This document shows, one piece after another, positions 32,937-40,923 of a stretch of DNA of 64,000 nucleotides. The notes below the pieces were generated by a model. The model searched no databases and was not told where the DNA came from. It saw only the letters and a program-made list of their open reading frames with translations. The stretch's first letter is position 1. Each line of letters opens with the position of its first letter. The DNA comes from Myxococcales bacterium (lineage in GTDB: Bacteria; Myxococcota; Myxococcia; Myxococcales; 40CM-4-68-19). The stretch lies in contig DASQBG010000065.1 in NCBI GenBank assembly GCA_035635335.1, forward strand, positions 2,158-66,157, in the 5' to 3' direction. A program made the translations under genes and the position numbers.

Positions 32937-33812
32937 TCAGACTGTGCTGCGCTTGGCCAGACGGGCGAGCCCGGGGAGCAGGAAGACGGAGGCCACCACG
33001 ACCATCGTCGCGCCGGTGGGGAGCTGCTCGATCCAGCTGACGTAGTAGCCGACGGCCGCCGAGACGACCCCGAAGGCAATCGAGAGCGGGATGGTGGAGC
33101 GCATGTTCTCCGTCAGCATCAGCGCGGCCGCCGCCGGGAGCACCGTGAAGGCGAACACGGGCAGGGCGCCGACCGCGCGGGTCGCGACCGAGATGACCAC
33201 CGCGACGATCACGTTGAGCAGCGTCTCGTACCGGAAGACGCCCACGCCTTGCACCATGGCGGTCTCCGGGTCGTAGCTGACGAAGAGCAGCTCCTTGAAG
33301 AAGAGGACGTGCGCGAGCACCGCGACGGAGCCCGCGCCGGCCAGAGCGTAGATCTGCGCGCGAGGCACGGTCACGGCGTTGCCGAAGAGGATGTCGCCCA
33401 CCGCGTGCGCTTCCTGCGCGATGCGCGGGCTGTTCAGGATGGCCAGGACGAGCGCGCTGGCGACGATGTACCCCAGGCCGACGATGGTCTCGGGCGCGAG
33501 CTTGCGATGGCCGGGGCGCAGCGAGAACAGCGCCGCGGCGGCGCAGGCGAAGACCAGCGAGAACCAGACCGGCTCCAGAAGGAGGGGGATGGCCCGGTGG
33601 GTATGCGGATCGATGCCGGCGACCGCGCCGACGTAGAAGGCGGTCGCGACGCCCACGCCGCTGATCTCGGATAGCGCGGCGGAGACGAACACCATCCGCC
33701 GCAGGACCACGAAGACGCCCAGGTACGAGAGCAACCCGCCGGCGAGCACGCCGGCCAGCAGGGGCTCGCGCCACAGCTCGCGGCCCGCCCAGAACTCCGC
33801 GAATCCGGTCAC
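32937..33812 (-). CDS. metal ABC transporter permease (ZnuB/TroC-like)
   Basis: Distal 291 codons of ORF 32937..34916. The GTG at 33812 overlaps the ATPase stop (GTGA). Multi-TM ABC-3 family pattern. Confidence 0.88.
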   Translation of the reverse strand: MTGFAEFWAGRELWREPLLAGVLAGGLLSYLGVFVVLRRMVFVSAALSEISGVGVATAFYVGAVAGIDPHTHRAIPLLLEPVWFSLVFACAAAALFSLRPGHRKLAPETIVGLGYIVASALVLAILNSPRIAQEAHAVGDILFGNAVTVPRAQIYALAGAGSVAVLAHVLFFKELLFVSYDPETAMVQGVGVFRYETLLNVIVAVVISVATRAVGALPVFAFTVLPAAAALMLTENMRSTIPLSIAFGVVSAAVGYYVSWIEQLPTGATMVVVASVFLLPGLARLAKRSTV

Positions 33813-34618
33813 CCGACGTCCTCGGGTGCGCGGCCGTCGGCCCGGCCGCGGCCGTCGTCGCGGTCGGCAGCGCGCGCGATCACGATGGCGATCTGGCCGT
33901 CCAGCTCGGCGACCCGCACCTCGCGGCCGTAGAGGCGGCCGAGCCGCTCGGGCGTCATCATCTCGCGCGCCGGGCCGACCTCGAACAGCCCGCGGGCGCG
34001 ATCGACCAGGGCGACCTCGGTCGCGAACCCGGCGACCGCCGTCAGCTGGTGCGTCACCAGCACCACGGAGAGGTTGTGCGCGCGCTTGAGCCGCTCGACC
34101 AGCTCGAGCAGGACGCGCTCGGCGGCCGGATCCATCGCGCTGGTCGGCTCGTCGAGGACCAGGAGCTCGGGCTCGGCGGCGACGGCGCGGGCGATGAGCA
34201 CGCGCTGGTGCTGGCCGCCCGAAAGCGCGTACAGGGGCCGCTCGGCGAGCTCGCCGATCCCGATCTCCTCCAGCGCTTCTCGGGCCCGCTTCCTGTCCTC
34301 GGGGCCGAATCGCCGCAGGGGTCCGAGAAGGCTGGTGCGGCCCATCAGCACGACGTCGAGCACCGAGAGTGGCCAGCTCTGGTCGAGCCGGTCCCGCTGC
34401 GGGACGTAGCCGACGCGCGGCGGCCGGCCCCTGGGGAACAGCAGCCGGCCGCCGAGGAGCGGCAACAGACCGAGCATCGACTTGAGCAGCGCGGTCTTTC
34501 CGGCGCCGTTGGGGCCCAGGACGCCCAAAGTGGTGCCGGAGCGGACGGAGAGGTCGAGAGGAGGAAGGAGCGGGGTGCGATAGCCGATGACCGCGCGTTC
34601 CAGGCGGACGAGGTCCAA
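33809..34618 (-). CDS. metal ABC transporter ATP-binding protein (ZnuC-like)
   Basis: ORF 33809..34618 (TTG start). Walker A GPNGAGKT, signature LSGGQHQR, Walker B LLVLDEP. Confidence 0.88.
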   Translation of the reverse strand: MDLVRLERAVIGYRTPLLPPLDLSVRSGTTLGVLGPNGAGKTALLKSMLGLLPLLGGRLLFPRGRPPRVGYVPQRDRLDQSWPLSVLDVVLMGRTSLLGPLRRFGPEDRKRAREALEEIGIGELAERPLYALSGGQHQRVLIARAVAAEPELLVLDEPTSAMDPAAERVLLELVERLKRAHNLSVVLVTHQLTAVAGFATEVALVDRARGLFEVGPAREMMTPERLGRLYGREVRVAELDGQIAIVIARAADRDDGRGRADGRAPEDVG

Positions 34619-34687
34619 GGAGGGAGGGAATTAGCAGAGGCGGGCGGGGGATGTCGAGGTTGGAGGGGGAGGGCGAGGTTCGAGGTT

Positions 34688-34836
34688 CGACAGCGACAAC
34701 GACAGCGACAGCGACAACGACAACGACAGCGACAGCGACAGCGACAGCGACAACGACAGCGACAACGACAACGACAGCGACGGAGACAGAGACGGAGACA
34801 GAGACGGAGACGGAGACGGAGACGGAGACGGAGAGG
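34688..34836. repeat. hexanucleotide tandem array, about 25 units
   Basis: 15 x CGACAR followed by 10 x (C/A)GACRG (…GGAGAC GGAGAC…). Fills the divergent intergenic region between the ATPase gene (start 34618, minus strand) and sfsA (ATG 34838). Confidence 0.95.
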
Positions 34837-34837
34837 T

Positions 34838-35614
34838 ATGGGTGAATGGATGTCAATGCGTGTTGCCGAGCCAGGGCTGATCCCGCACCGGTGGCTGGGG
34901 GCGCCCGTGTTCGCAACGCTGGTCGAGCGGCCCAACAAGTTTCTGGCGATTTGCCGGATCGCGCGGCGCGCCGTGGAGGCGCATGTGCCGGACCGGGGGA
35001 GATGTCTGGATTTGCTGGTACCCGGGCAGCCGTTGGTGCTGGTCGAGGTAGGAGGACAGGAGGGGATACCGAGGAGGAGGACCCGGTACACGGTGCTGCT
35101 CGCGAGGGCGCGCGCGGCGCCGTCGCCGTGGGTCAGCCTGGACCCGGCCGGAGCGCCGCGGCTGGTGGCGGTGGCGCTGGAGCGAGGGTTGTTGCCCGAG
35201 CTTGCGGGGCACTCGGTCGTAGGGAGGGAGCTGACGTTTCCGCGGCTCCGCGCGCGGCCGCGGCCGCGGATCGACCTGCTCCTGCGCGCCCCGTCTGGCG
35301 AAGACGTCGCGTGCGAGGTGAAGAGCGTGGGAGCCGCGCGCGAAGGAGTGGCGCTGTTCCCCGACGCGCCCACGCTACGCGGGCTGCGGCACCTCGCACT
35401 GCTCGCGCGGCTCGCCCGGCGCGGGGTGCCGGCCGCGCTGGTCCTCTGCGCGCAGCGCGGCGACGTCAGCGCGATCGCGGCCGACGAATCGATCGATCCG
35501 GCGTTCGCGCGAGCGCTCCGGACGGCGCGGCGCGCGGGCGTGGCGGTCGCGGGGCTCCGCTGCGCGGCCCACCCCGGCGGGATGGAGCTGCTCGGCCCGG
35601 TGCCGGTGCTTTAG
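34838..35614 (+). CDS. sfsA: DNA/RNA nuclease SfsA (sugar fermentation stimulation protein family)
   Basis: Distal part of ORF 34049..35614. ATG candidates at 34838, 34850 and 34856. Motifs [13 protein letters not shown] and the SfsA C-terminal nuclease-like region. Confidence 0.85.
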   Translation: MGEWMSMRVAEPGLIPHRWLGAPVFATLVERPNKFLAICRIARRAVEAHVPDRGRCLDLLVPGQPLVLVEVGGQEGIPRRRTRYTVLLARARAAPSPWVSLDPAGAPRLVAVALERGLLPELAGHSVVGRELTFPRLRARPRPRIDLLLRAPSGEDVACEVKSVGAAREGVALFPDAPTLRGLRHLALLARLARRGVPAALVLCAQRGDVSAIAADESIDPAFARALRTARRAGVAVAGLRCAAHPGGMELLGPVPVL

Positions 35615-35617
35615 GCG

Positions 35618-36535
35618 TTACTTCGCCAGCGCGGCCGAGTTCAACGGCGGCTTCGCCGCTGCGTTCGGCGGCTCGGGCTCGCGCACCAGCGTGCACGGCC
35701 CCTTCTCTTTCGGCTCTTTCGGGTAGCGCAGCCGCAGGTTCTGATCGCGGCAGACATAGCGGCAGGTGCCGTCCTCGGCGCGTCCTTCGTCCTCGACCAC
35801 GCACTTGCCGGGGTTCGCAACCTCGAGCAGCGCCGCCTTGATCCGCCCCTTGGTGCTCTGGTCGTCTTCCTTGGCGTATGCCGTTTCCAGCGAAGCGCGG
35901 GTGGACGCGTCGCGCCGCTCGCGCACCTTCTCCAGGATCAGCTCGCGCGCCTCCCATTCCGGTTCCGAGGCGAGCTGGGCGGCGAGCTGCGCCGGAGTGC
36001 GCCACGCGGGCATCGACATCAGCCGGTACAGGGCGCCTTCCCAGACTTCCTTCGCGCCCTTCCGCTCGCTGGCGACCTTCTCCAGCGCCGCCACGGCCGC
36101 GGGGGACTGATCGACGCGCCGGCCGAGGATGTCCAGCGCCACGCACTGCGGAACCGGGTACTCGTTCTTTCCCAGCTGGCACGAGTCGACCACCTTGGCC
36201 GCGTACGCGACGATGTCCTCGCCGGTGGCGTCGAGCAACCGGTCGACGGTCGAGTGCTGGGCGGACCCGCGGATGCAGTCGTGCTTGATCAAGCCGCGCT
36301 TGCGCGCGTCGCTGTCGAAGGTGGTCGGCGGAACCGCGTCCAGCGCCACCGCCGCCGCGAACGCCTTGGTGAGCGGCCCTGGAGGAAGGCATGCGTGCGG
36401 CTTCACGTCGGGCTTGAGCGTTTCCACCTCGTGGAGCGCGCGCGCGCGGCGCGAGTCAGGGCTGTAGTAATCGTAGAGGGCGAAGCCGCCCAGGGCGGCG
36501 ACGCCGGCACCGATGAGAATCGTGCGAACGTTCAT
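35618..36535 (-). CDS. membrane-anchored hypothetical protein (helical-repeat-like, several Cys)
   Basis: ORF 35618..36580. The ATG at 36535 gives MNVRTILIGAGVAALGGFALY (signal anchor). Normal, non-GC-biased composition. No family recognised. Confidence 0.6.
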   Translation of the reverse strand: MNVRTILIGAGVAALGGFALYDYYSPDSRRARALHEVETLKPDVKPHACLPPGPLTKAFAAAVALDAVPPTTFDSDARKRGLIKHDCIRGSAQHSTVDRLLDATGEDIVAYAAKVVDSCQLGKNEYPVPQCVALDILGRRVDQSPAAVAALEKVASERKGAKEVWEGALYRLMSMPAWRTPAQLAAQLASEPEWEARELILEKVRERRDASTRASLETAYAKEDDQSTKGRIKAALLEVANPGKCVVEDEGRAEDGTCRYVCRDQNLRLRYPKEPKEKGPCTLVREPEPPNAAAKPPLNSAALAK

Positions 36536-36625
36536 GTAGGCGAGCCTACGCCCGTGTGGCAGGCTGGCGTCAAGACGCACATCGCCAACCCGCGGCGCGG
36601 GGGGATCAGGACCCGCGAGCCGGGA

Positions 36626-37345
36626 TCAGCTCCGGCGGGCCTCGTCGGCGAACGCGCGCAGGAGTCGCGCGGAGGCCGTCTCGCGCACGTCCGCGCGCAA
36701 GGAATCGGGGTCGAGGCCCTCGGCGCGCAGCGCGCCGGCGCGGGACTCGATCAGGTCGCGCAGGGTCTCCGGCCGCAGCTCGGGATGGAACTGGACCGAC
36801 GCCACCGCGTCGGAGAGCCGCAGGGCCTGCGTGGCGCACCGTTCGTTGGAGGCGAGCAGGATGGCGCCGGGCGGAACAGGGTCGACGGAGTCGACGTGGG
36901 TCGCCTGTACGTCGGCGAGGCCGTCCTCCGGGACCCAGCCGCGGAACAGCGGATCCGTCCGGCCCGCGGCGGTCAGCTGCACGCGCACGGTGCCCATCTC
37001 CCGACCCTTGGGATTGCGGACCACCTGCGAGCCCGCCGCCCGGCCGAGCAACTGGTGGCCGAAGCAGACGCCCAGGACCGGCGTGCCGCGCTCGCCGATG
37101 CGCAGCAACTCCTCGGCGACCTCGTCCATCCACGGCTCCGGCCGCGTGAGGGACAACGGCGATCCCGAGACGATCACCCCCTGCGTCCCGGCTGGCAGCT
37201 CGAGCGGCTCGCCCAGGTGCGCGCGCAGCACCGGCAGCTCACCCCCCAGCGCCTGGTTGAACCAGTCGGGGTAGTCGCCGTGCTGGCGCACGATCTCCGG
37301 CGCCGCCGTGCCGGTCTGGACCACAACCAGTCGAGGAATGGACAT
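36626..37345 (-). CDS. class I glutamine amidotransferase-like protein
   Basis: Distal 239 codons of ORF 36626..37753, with the ATG at 37345. Nucleophile elbow GVCFGHQLL and HPE near the C-terminus. Confidence 0.85.
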   Translation of the reverse strand: MSIPRLVVVQTGTAAPEIVRQHGDYPDWFNQALGGELPVLRAHLGEPLELPAGTQGVIVSGSPLSLTRPEPWMDEVAEELLRIGERGTPVLGVCFGHQLLGRAAGSQVVRNPKGREMGTVRVQLTAAGRTDPLFRGWVPEDGLADVQATHVDSVDPVPPGAILLASNERCATQALRLSDAVASVQFHPELRPETLRDLIESRAGALRAEGLDPDSLRADVRETASARLLRAFADEARRS

Positions 37346-37477
37346 CGAAGCCCTCCGCCCAGGAAACATAACGGTTCGGGCCCGCCTGCGCGAGTCCTCG
37401 TCCCGGGGCCGGTTCGCCGAGCGCTTGACGGCCGTTCCCCCCGGCTCCACCGTGGAGCCGCTGAACGTGAGACGCGA

Positions 37478-37505
37478 GGGGACACCATCAAAACATGGTG
37501 TCCCC
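37478..37505. promoter_or_regulatory. perfect 11-bp inverted repeat (candidate operator or 5'-UTR hairpin) upstream of the GS-like gene
   Basis: GGGGACACCAT-CAAAAC-ATGGTGTCCCC, ending 14 nt before the ATG at 37520. Lies in the divergent intergenic region 37346-37519. Confidence 0.4.
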
Positions 37506-37519
37506 ACCAATGAGGCCCC

Positions 37520-38887
37520 ATGGAGAAGACGCGAGCCACCCAGATCGAGGCCCTGCGCGAAGAGTTCCAGAAGCACGGCGTGCGCAAGGTGAAGCTGGGC
37601 GGCTTCGACGTCGACGGCGTCCTGCGCGGCAAGTACGTGTCCCTGGAGAAGTTCTGGGGCGCCGCCGAGGGCGGCCTGGGCTTCTGCGACGTGATCTTCG
37701 GCTGGGACCTGATGGACCAGCTCTACGACAACGCGACCGTCACGGGATGGCACACCGGCTACCCGGACGCGCGCGCCACCCTCGACCTCTCCACCTTCCG
37801 CATGATCCCGTGGGAACCGGGGACGGCCGCCTTCCTGCTCGACTTCGAGGCGGAGCCCGGCAAGCCGCTCGCGGTCTCTCCGCGCCAGCTCCTCAAGCGG
37901 ATCGAGGAGAAGGCGCGCTCGATGGGATTCGCGGTGAAGGTGGCCTCGGAATACGAGTTCTTCCTCTTCCGCGAGACGCCGGAATCGGTGCGGGCCAAGG
38001 GGTACGCGAACCTGACGCCGCTCTCACCTGGGATGTTCGGATACTCGTGGCTGCGGGCCAGCGAGCACGCCGGGTTGGTGCACGACCTGCTGGACCAGCT
38101 CGCCGCCTTCGACATCGAGGTGGAGGGTTTCCACACCGAGACCGGGCCCGGCGTGTACGAGGCCGCGATCCGCTACGACCAGATGCTCCGCGGCGCGGAC
38201 AAGGCGGCGCTCTTCAAGACCGCGGTGAAGGAGATCTGCGCGCGCCACGCGGTGATGCCGACCTTCATGGCGAAGTGGAGCAAGGAGCTGCCCGGCTGCA
38301 GCGGGCACCTGCACCAGTCGCTCTGGACCCTGGACGGGCACCCGCTGTTCCTCGATCCACGCGCGTACAAGGGGATGGGGAAGCTCCTGCAGCACTACGT
38401 TGCCGGGCAGGTGGCGCTGATGCCGGCCATGACCGCGCTCATCGCGCCGACCGTGAACTCGTACAAGCGGATGGTGCGCGGCGCCTGGTCGCCGACGATG
38501 GCGACCTGGGGTGTGGAGAACCGCACCACCGCCTTGCGCGTCATCGCGGGGTCGCCCGCCTCGACGCGCGTCGAGTACCGCTTCGCCGCCGCCGACATGA
38601 ACCCGTACGTGGCCATCGCCGCCTCGGTCGCTGCCGGTCTGCACGGGGTCCAGTACGAGATGCCGCTTCCGCCCGAGACGGTGGGGAACGGCTACGACGC
38701 GAAGGCCGAGCCGCTCCCGCCGACGCTGCGCGCCGCCACCGAGGCGCTCGCGCGCAGCAAGGAGGTCCGCGAGCTCCTGGGCGACGCGTTCGTCGACCAC
38801 TACGTGCGTACCCGCGAGTGGGAATGCCGCCAGTTCGAGGCTGCCGTGACGAAGTGGGAGCTGGAGCGCTACTTCGAGATCATCTGA
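37520..38887 (+). CDS. glutamine synthetase family protein (gamma-glutamyl-amine ligase, PuuA/GlnA3-like)
   Basis: ORF 37520..38887. GS beta-grasp plus catalytic domain pattern (GFHTETGPGVYE, NSYKR). Lacks the GSI-specific features seen in glnA at 21326. Confidence 0.9.
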   Translation: MEKTRATQIEALREEFQKHGVRKVKLGGFDVDGVLRGKYVSLEKFWGAAEGGLGFCDVIFGWDLMDQLYDNATVTGWHTGYPDARATLDLSTFRMIPWEPGTAAFLLDFEAEPGKPLAVSPRQLLKRIEEKARSMGFAVKVASEYEFFLFRETPESVRAKGYANLTPLSPGMFGYSWLRASEHAGLVHDLLDQLAAFDIEVEGFHTETGPGVYEAAIRYDQMLRGADKAALFKTAVKEICARHAVMPTFMAKWSKELPGCSGHLHQSLWTLDGHPLFLDPRAYKGMGKLLQHYVAGQVALMPAMTALIAPTVNSYKRMVRGAWSPTMATWGVENRTTALRVIAGSPASTRVEYRFAAADMNPYVAIAASVAAGLHGVQYEMPLPPETVGNGYDAKAEPLPPTLRAATEALARSKEVRELLGDAFVDHYVRTREWECRQFEAAVTKWELERYFEII

Positions 38888-38897
38888 GGAGAGTTCG

Positions 38898-40046
38898 ATG
38901 CCTTCCGTCATGTCCTTTCCCACCCGGATCGTCCACGGGCGCGGCGCCATCCGCGAGCTGCCCGCCGAGCTGAGGCGCGCGGGTGCGCGCAAGCTGCTGC
39001 TCGTCACCGACAAGGGCATTCTCCAGGCCGGACTCCTGCGGTTCGTGACGCCGCTGCTCGAGCAGGCCGGGGTGCCGTTCATCGTCTTCAGCGAGTTCGA
39101 TCCCAACCCCACCGACAAGGACGCGCTGAAGGGCATCGAGGCCTACCGCGCCGCGGGCGCGGACGCGATCGTCTCGGTGGGCGGCGGCGCCTCCCTCGAC
39201 ATGGGCAAGGCGATCCGCCTCCTCGTCCACCACGATCCGCCGCTGGACCGCTACGACGACGCGCAAGGCGGCGACCGGTACATCACCGGGAGGCAACCCC
39301 CCTTCCTCGCGGTGCCCACCACGGCGGGCACCGGCAGCGAGGTGGGGCGTTCCACGGTGCTGGTGATCGAGGGGACCAAGGTGGTGATCTTCAGCCCGCA
39401 CCTGCTCGCGAACGCCGCCCTCCTCGACCCCGAGTTGACGGTGGGCCTGCCGCCGTTCATCACCGCCGCGACGGGAATGGACGCGCTCACGCACAACCTG
39501 GAGGCGTACGTGGCGAAGGGCGATCACCCGCTCGCCGACGCCATCGCGCTGGACGGGTTGCGCCGCATCGGGCAGCACCTCGGGCGCGCGGTGAAGAACG
39601 GCAAGGACGTGGAGGCGCGCGAGCAGATGCTGCTCGGCAGCGCGATGGGCGCCATCGCCTTCCAGAAGGGCCTGGGCGCCTGCCACTCGGTCGCGCACGC
39701 GCTCACGCCCGTCGCGGGGACGCACCACGGGCTGGCCAACTCGCTCATGCTCCCGACCGTGATCCGGTTCAACCGTTCCGCGGCCGAGGAGCGGCTGGCG
39801 ACCGCGGCGGTGGCCCTCGGCGCCGACCCGCGGATGAGCGCGCAGGAGCGTGCGCACGCCTGCGCCGAGATGGTCGACGATCTGCGCGGAGCGTGCGGGC
39901 TTCCGCGCAAGCTGTCGCAGGCCGGGGTCAAGCGGGAGATGATCCCGCGGCTCGTCGAGAAGGCCCTCGCCGACGCTTGCCACCAGTCGAATCCCCGCCC
40001 CTGCACCCAGGTCGACTTCGAGCGCCTGATCCAGGACGCTTTCTAG
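38898..40046 (+). CDS. iron-containing (group III) alcohol dehydrogenase
   Basis: ORF 38898..40046. GGGSxxD-type motif (VSVGGGASLDMGK) and His-rich metal site (HNLEA…H…H). Confidence 0.9.
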   Translation: MPSVMSFPTRIVHGRGAIRELPAELRRAGARKLLLVTDKGILQAGLLRFVTPLLEQAGVPFIVFSEFDPNPTDKDALKGIEAYRAAGADAIVSVGGGASLDMGKAIRLLVHHDPPLDRYDDAQGGDRYITGRQPPFLAVPTTAGTGSEVGRSTVLVIEGTKVVIFSPHLLANAALLDPELTVGLPPFITAATGMDALTHNLEAYVAKGDHPLADAIALDGLRRIGQHLGRAVKNGKDVEAREQMLLGSAMGAIAFQKGLGACHSVAHALTPVAGTHHGLANSLMLPTVIRFNRSAAEERLATAAVALGADPRMSAQERAHACAEMVDDLRGACGLPRKLSQAGVKREMIPRLVEKALADACHQSNPRPCTQVDFERLIQDAF

Positions 40047-40089
40047 CCGCCTCGCACCTCGCCCCACACGATCGGGATAGAATGGGCTG

Positions 40090-40923
40090 GTGGACCCTTC
40101 CGCTGCGTCGCGCCGCGAGCTGGAGCAGCTCGCCAGGCGGGAGCCGATCGATCTGGCTCGCGCGGCGCTGGCCATCGCTCGCGAGGAGTACCCCCAGCTC
40201 GACGAGGCGCACTATCTGAAGTCGCTGGACGAGTTCGCCCTTCAGGTCACGCGGGGCCTGCCCGCCGGCGCGCTTCCGGAGCGCCGGGTGGGCAGGCTCA
40301 ACGCGGTGCTCTTCCACGAGCTCGGCTTCACGGGCAACCAGGCCGACTACTACGACCCGCGCAACAGCTTCTTCAACGAAGTGATCGAGCGGCGCACCGG
40401 GATCCCCCTCTCGCTCTCGCTCGTGTACCTGGAGGTGGGACGGCGCTGCGGCTTGCGGGTGGACGGCGTCTCCTTCCCGGGCCACTTCCTGTGCAAGGTG
40501 ACGCTCGATGACGGCGAGTTGATCGTCGACGCCTTCAACCGCGGCCAGCTACTGGGGCTCGCCGAGCTCAAGCGCCGTTTCGCGTCCGCCGCCGGCGACG
40601 CCACGCGCTTCGAACCGCGGCTCCTGCGCGCCGCGCGGCCCAAGGAGATCCTGGCGCGCATGCTGCAGAACCTGCGCTCCATCTACCTCGAGCGCCGCGA
40701 CCTGCCTCGCGCCCTGTCCGCAGTCGACCGCCAGCTCCTGCTGCAGCCCGACGACGTGCGGGTGCTCCGCGATCGCGCGCGGCTGTGCGAGCAACTGGGC
40801 GGCCCCGAGGCCGCGGCGGCGAATCTGGAGACGGTGCTGCGCCTGCAACCGGCCGCGTCCGACGCAGCCGCGCTCCGCGCCCGCGTCGACCGCCTGCGCG
40901 GCGCTGGAAAACTGCTCAACTAA
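40090..40923 (+). CDS. SirB1/YchA-like transglutaminase-fold + TPR protein
   Basis: ORF 40090..40923 (GTG start). YYDPRNSFFNEVIERRTGIPLSLSLVYLEVGRRCGL…GHFL pattern followed by C-terminal TPR. Confidence 0.75.
   Translation: MDPSAASRRELEQLARREPIDLARAALAIAREEYPQLDEAHYLKSLDEFALQVTRGLPAGALPERRVGRLNAVLFHELGFTGNQADYYDPRNSFFNEVIERRTGIPLSLSLVYLEVGRRCGLRVDGVSFPGHFLCKVTLDDGELIVDAFNRGQLLGLAELKRRFASAAGDATRFEPRLLRAARPKEILARMLQNLRSIYLERRDLPRALSAVDRQLLLQPDDVRVLRDRARLCEQLGGPEAAAANLETVLRLQPAASDAAALRARVDRLRGAGKLLN

Noticed and set aside
34688-34836. Possible CRISPR array or tRNA-like sequence (GGTTCGA at 34684-34690) in the repeat region.
   Set aside because: The units are 6 nt and contiguous with no spacers, and there are no cas genes. 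The GGTTCGA is part of a CGAGGTT triplication and has no cloverleaf context.
34049-35614. A 521-aa ORF that reads from inside the ABC ATPase gene (antisense) through the hexamer array as (RQ)n/(R)n into sfsA, suggesting an SfsA with a giant repeat-containing N-terminal extension.
   Set aside because: The upstream two-thirds is antisense to a well-supported ATPase gene. The repeat is open in all six frames. SfsA homology begins only at the ATG cluster 34838-34856, which has a GGAG directly upstream.
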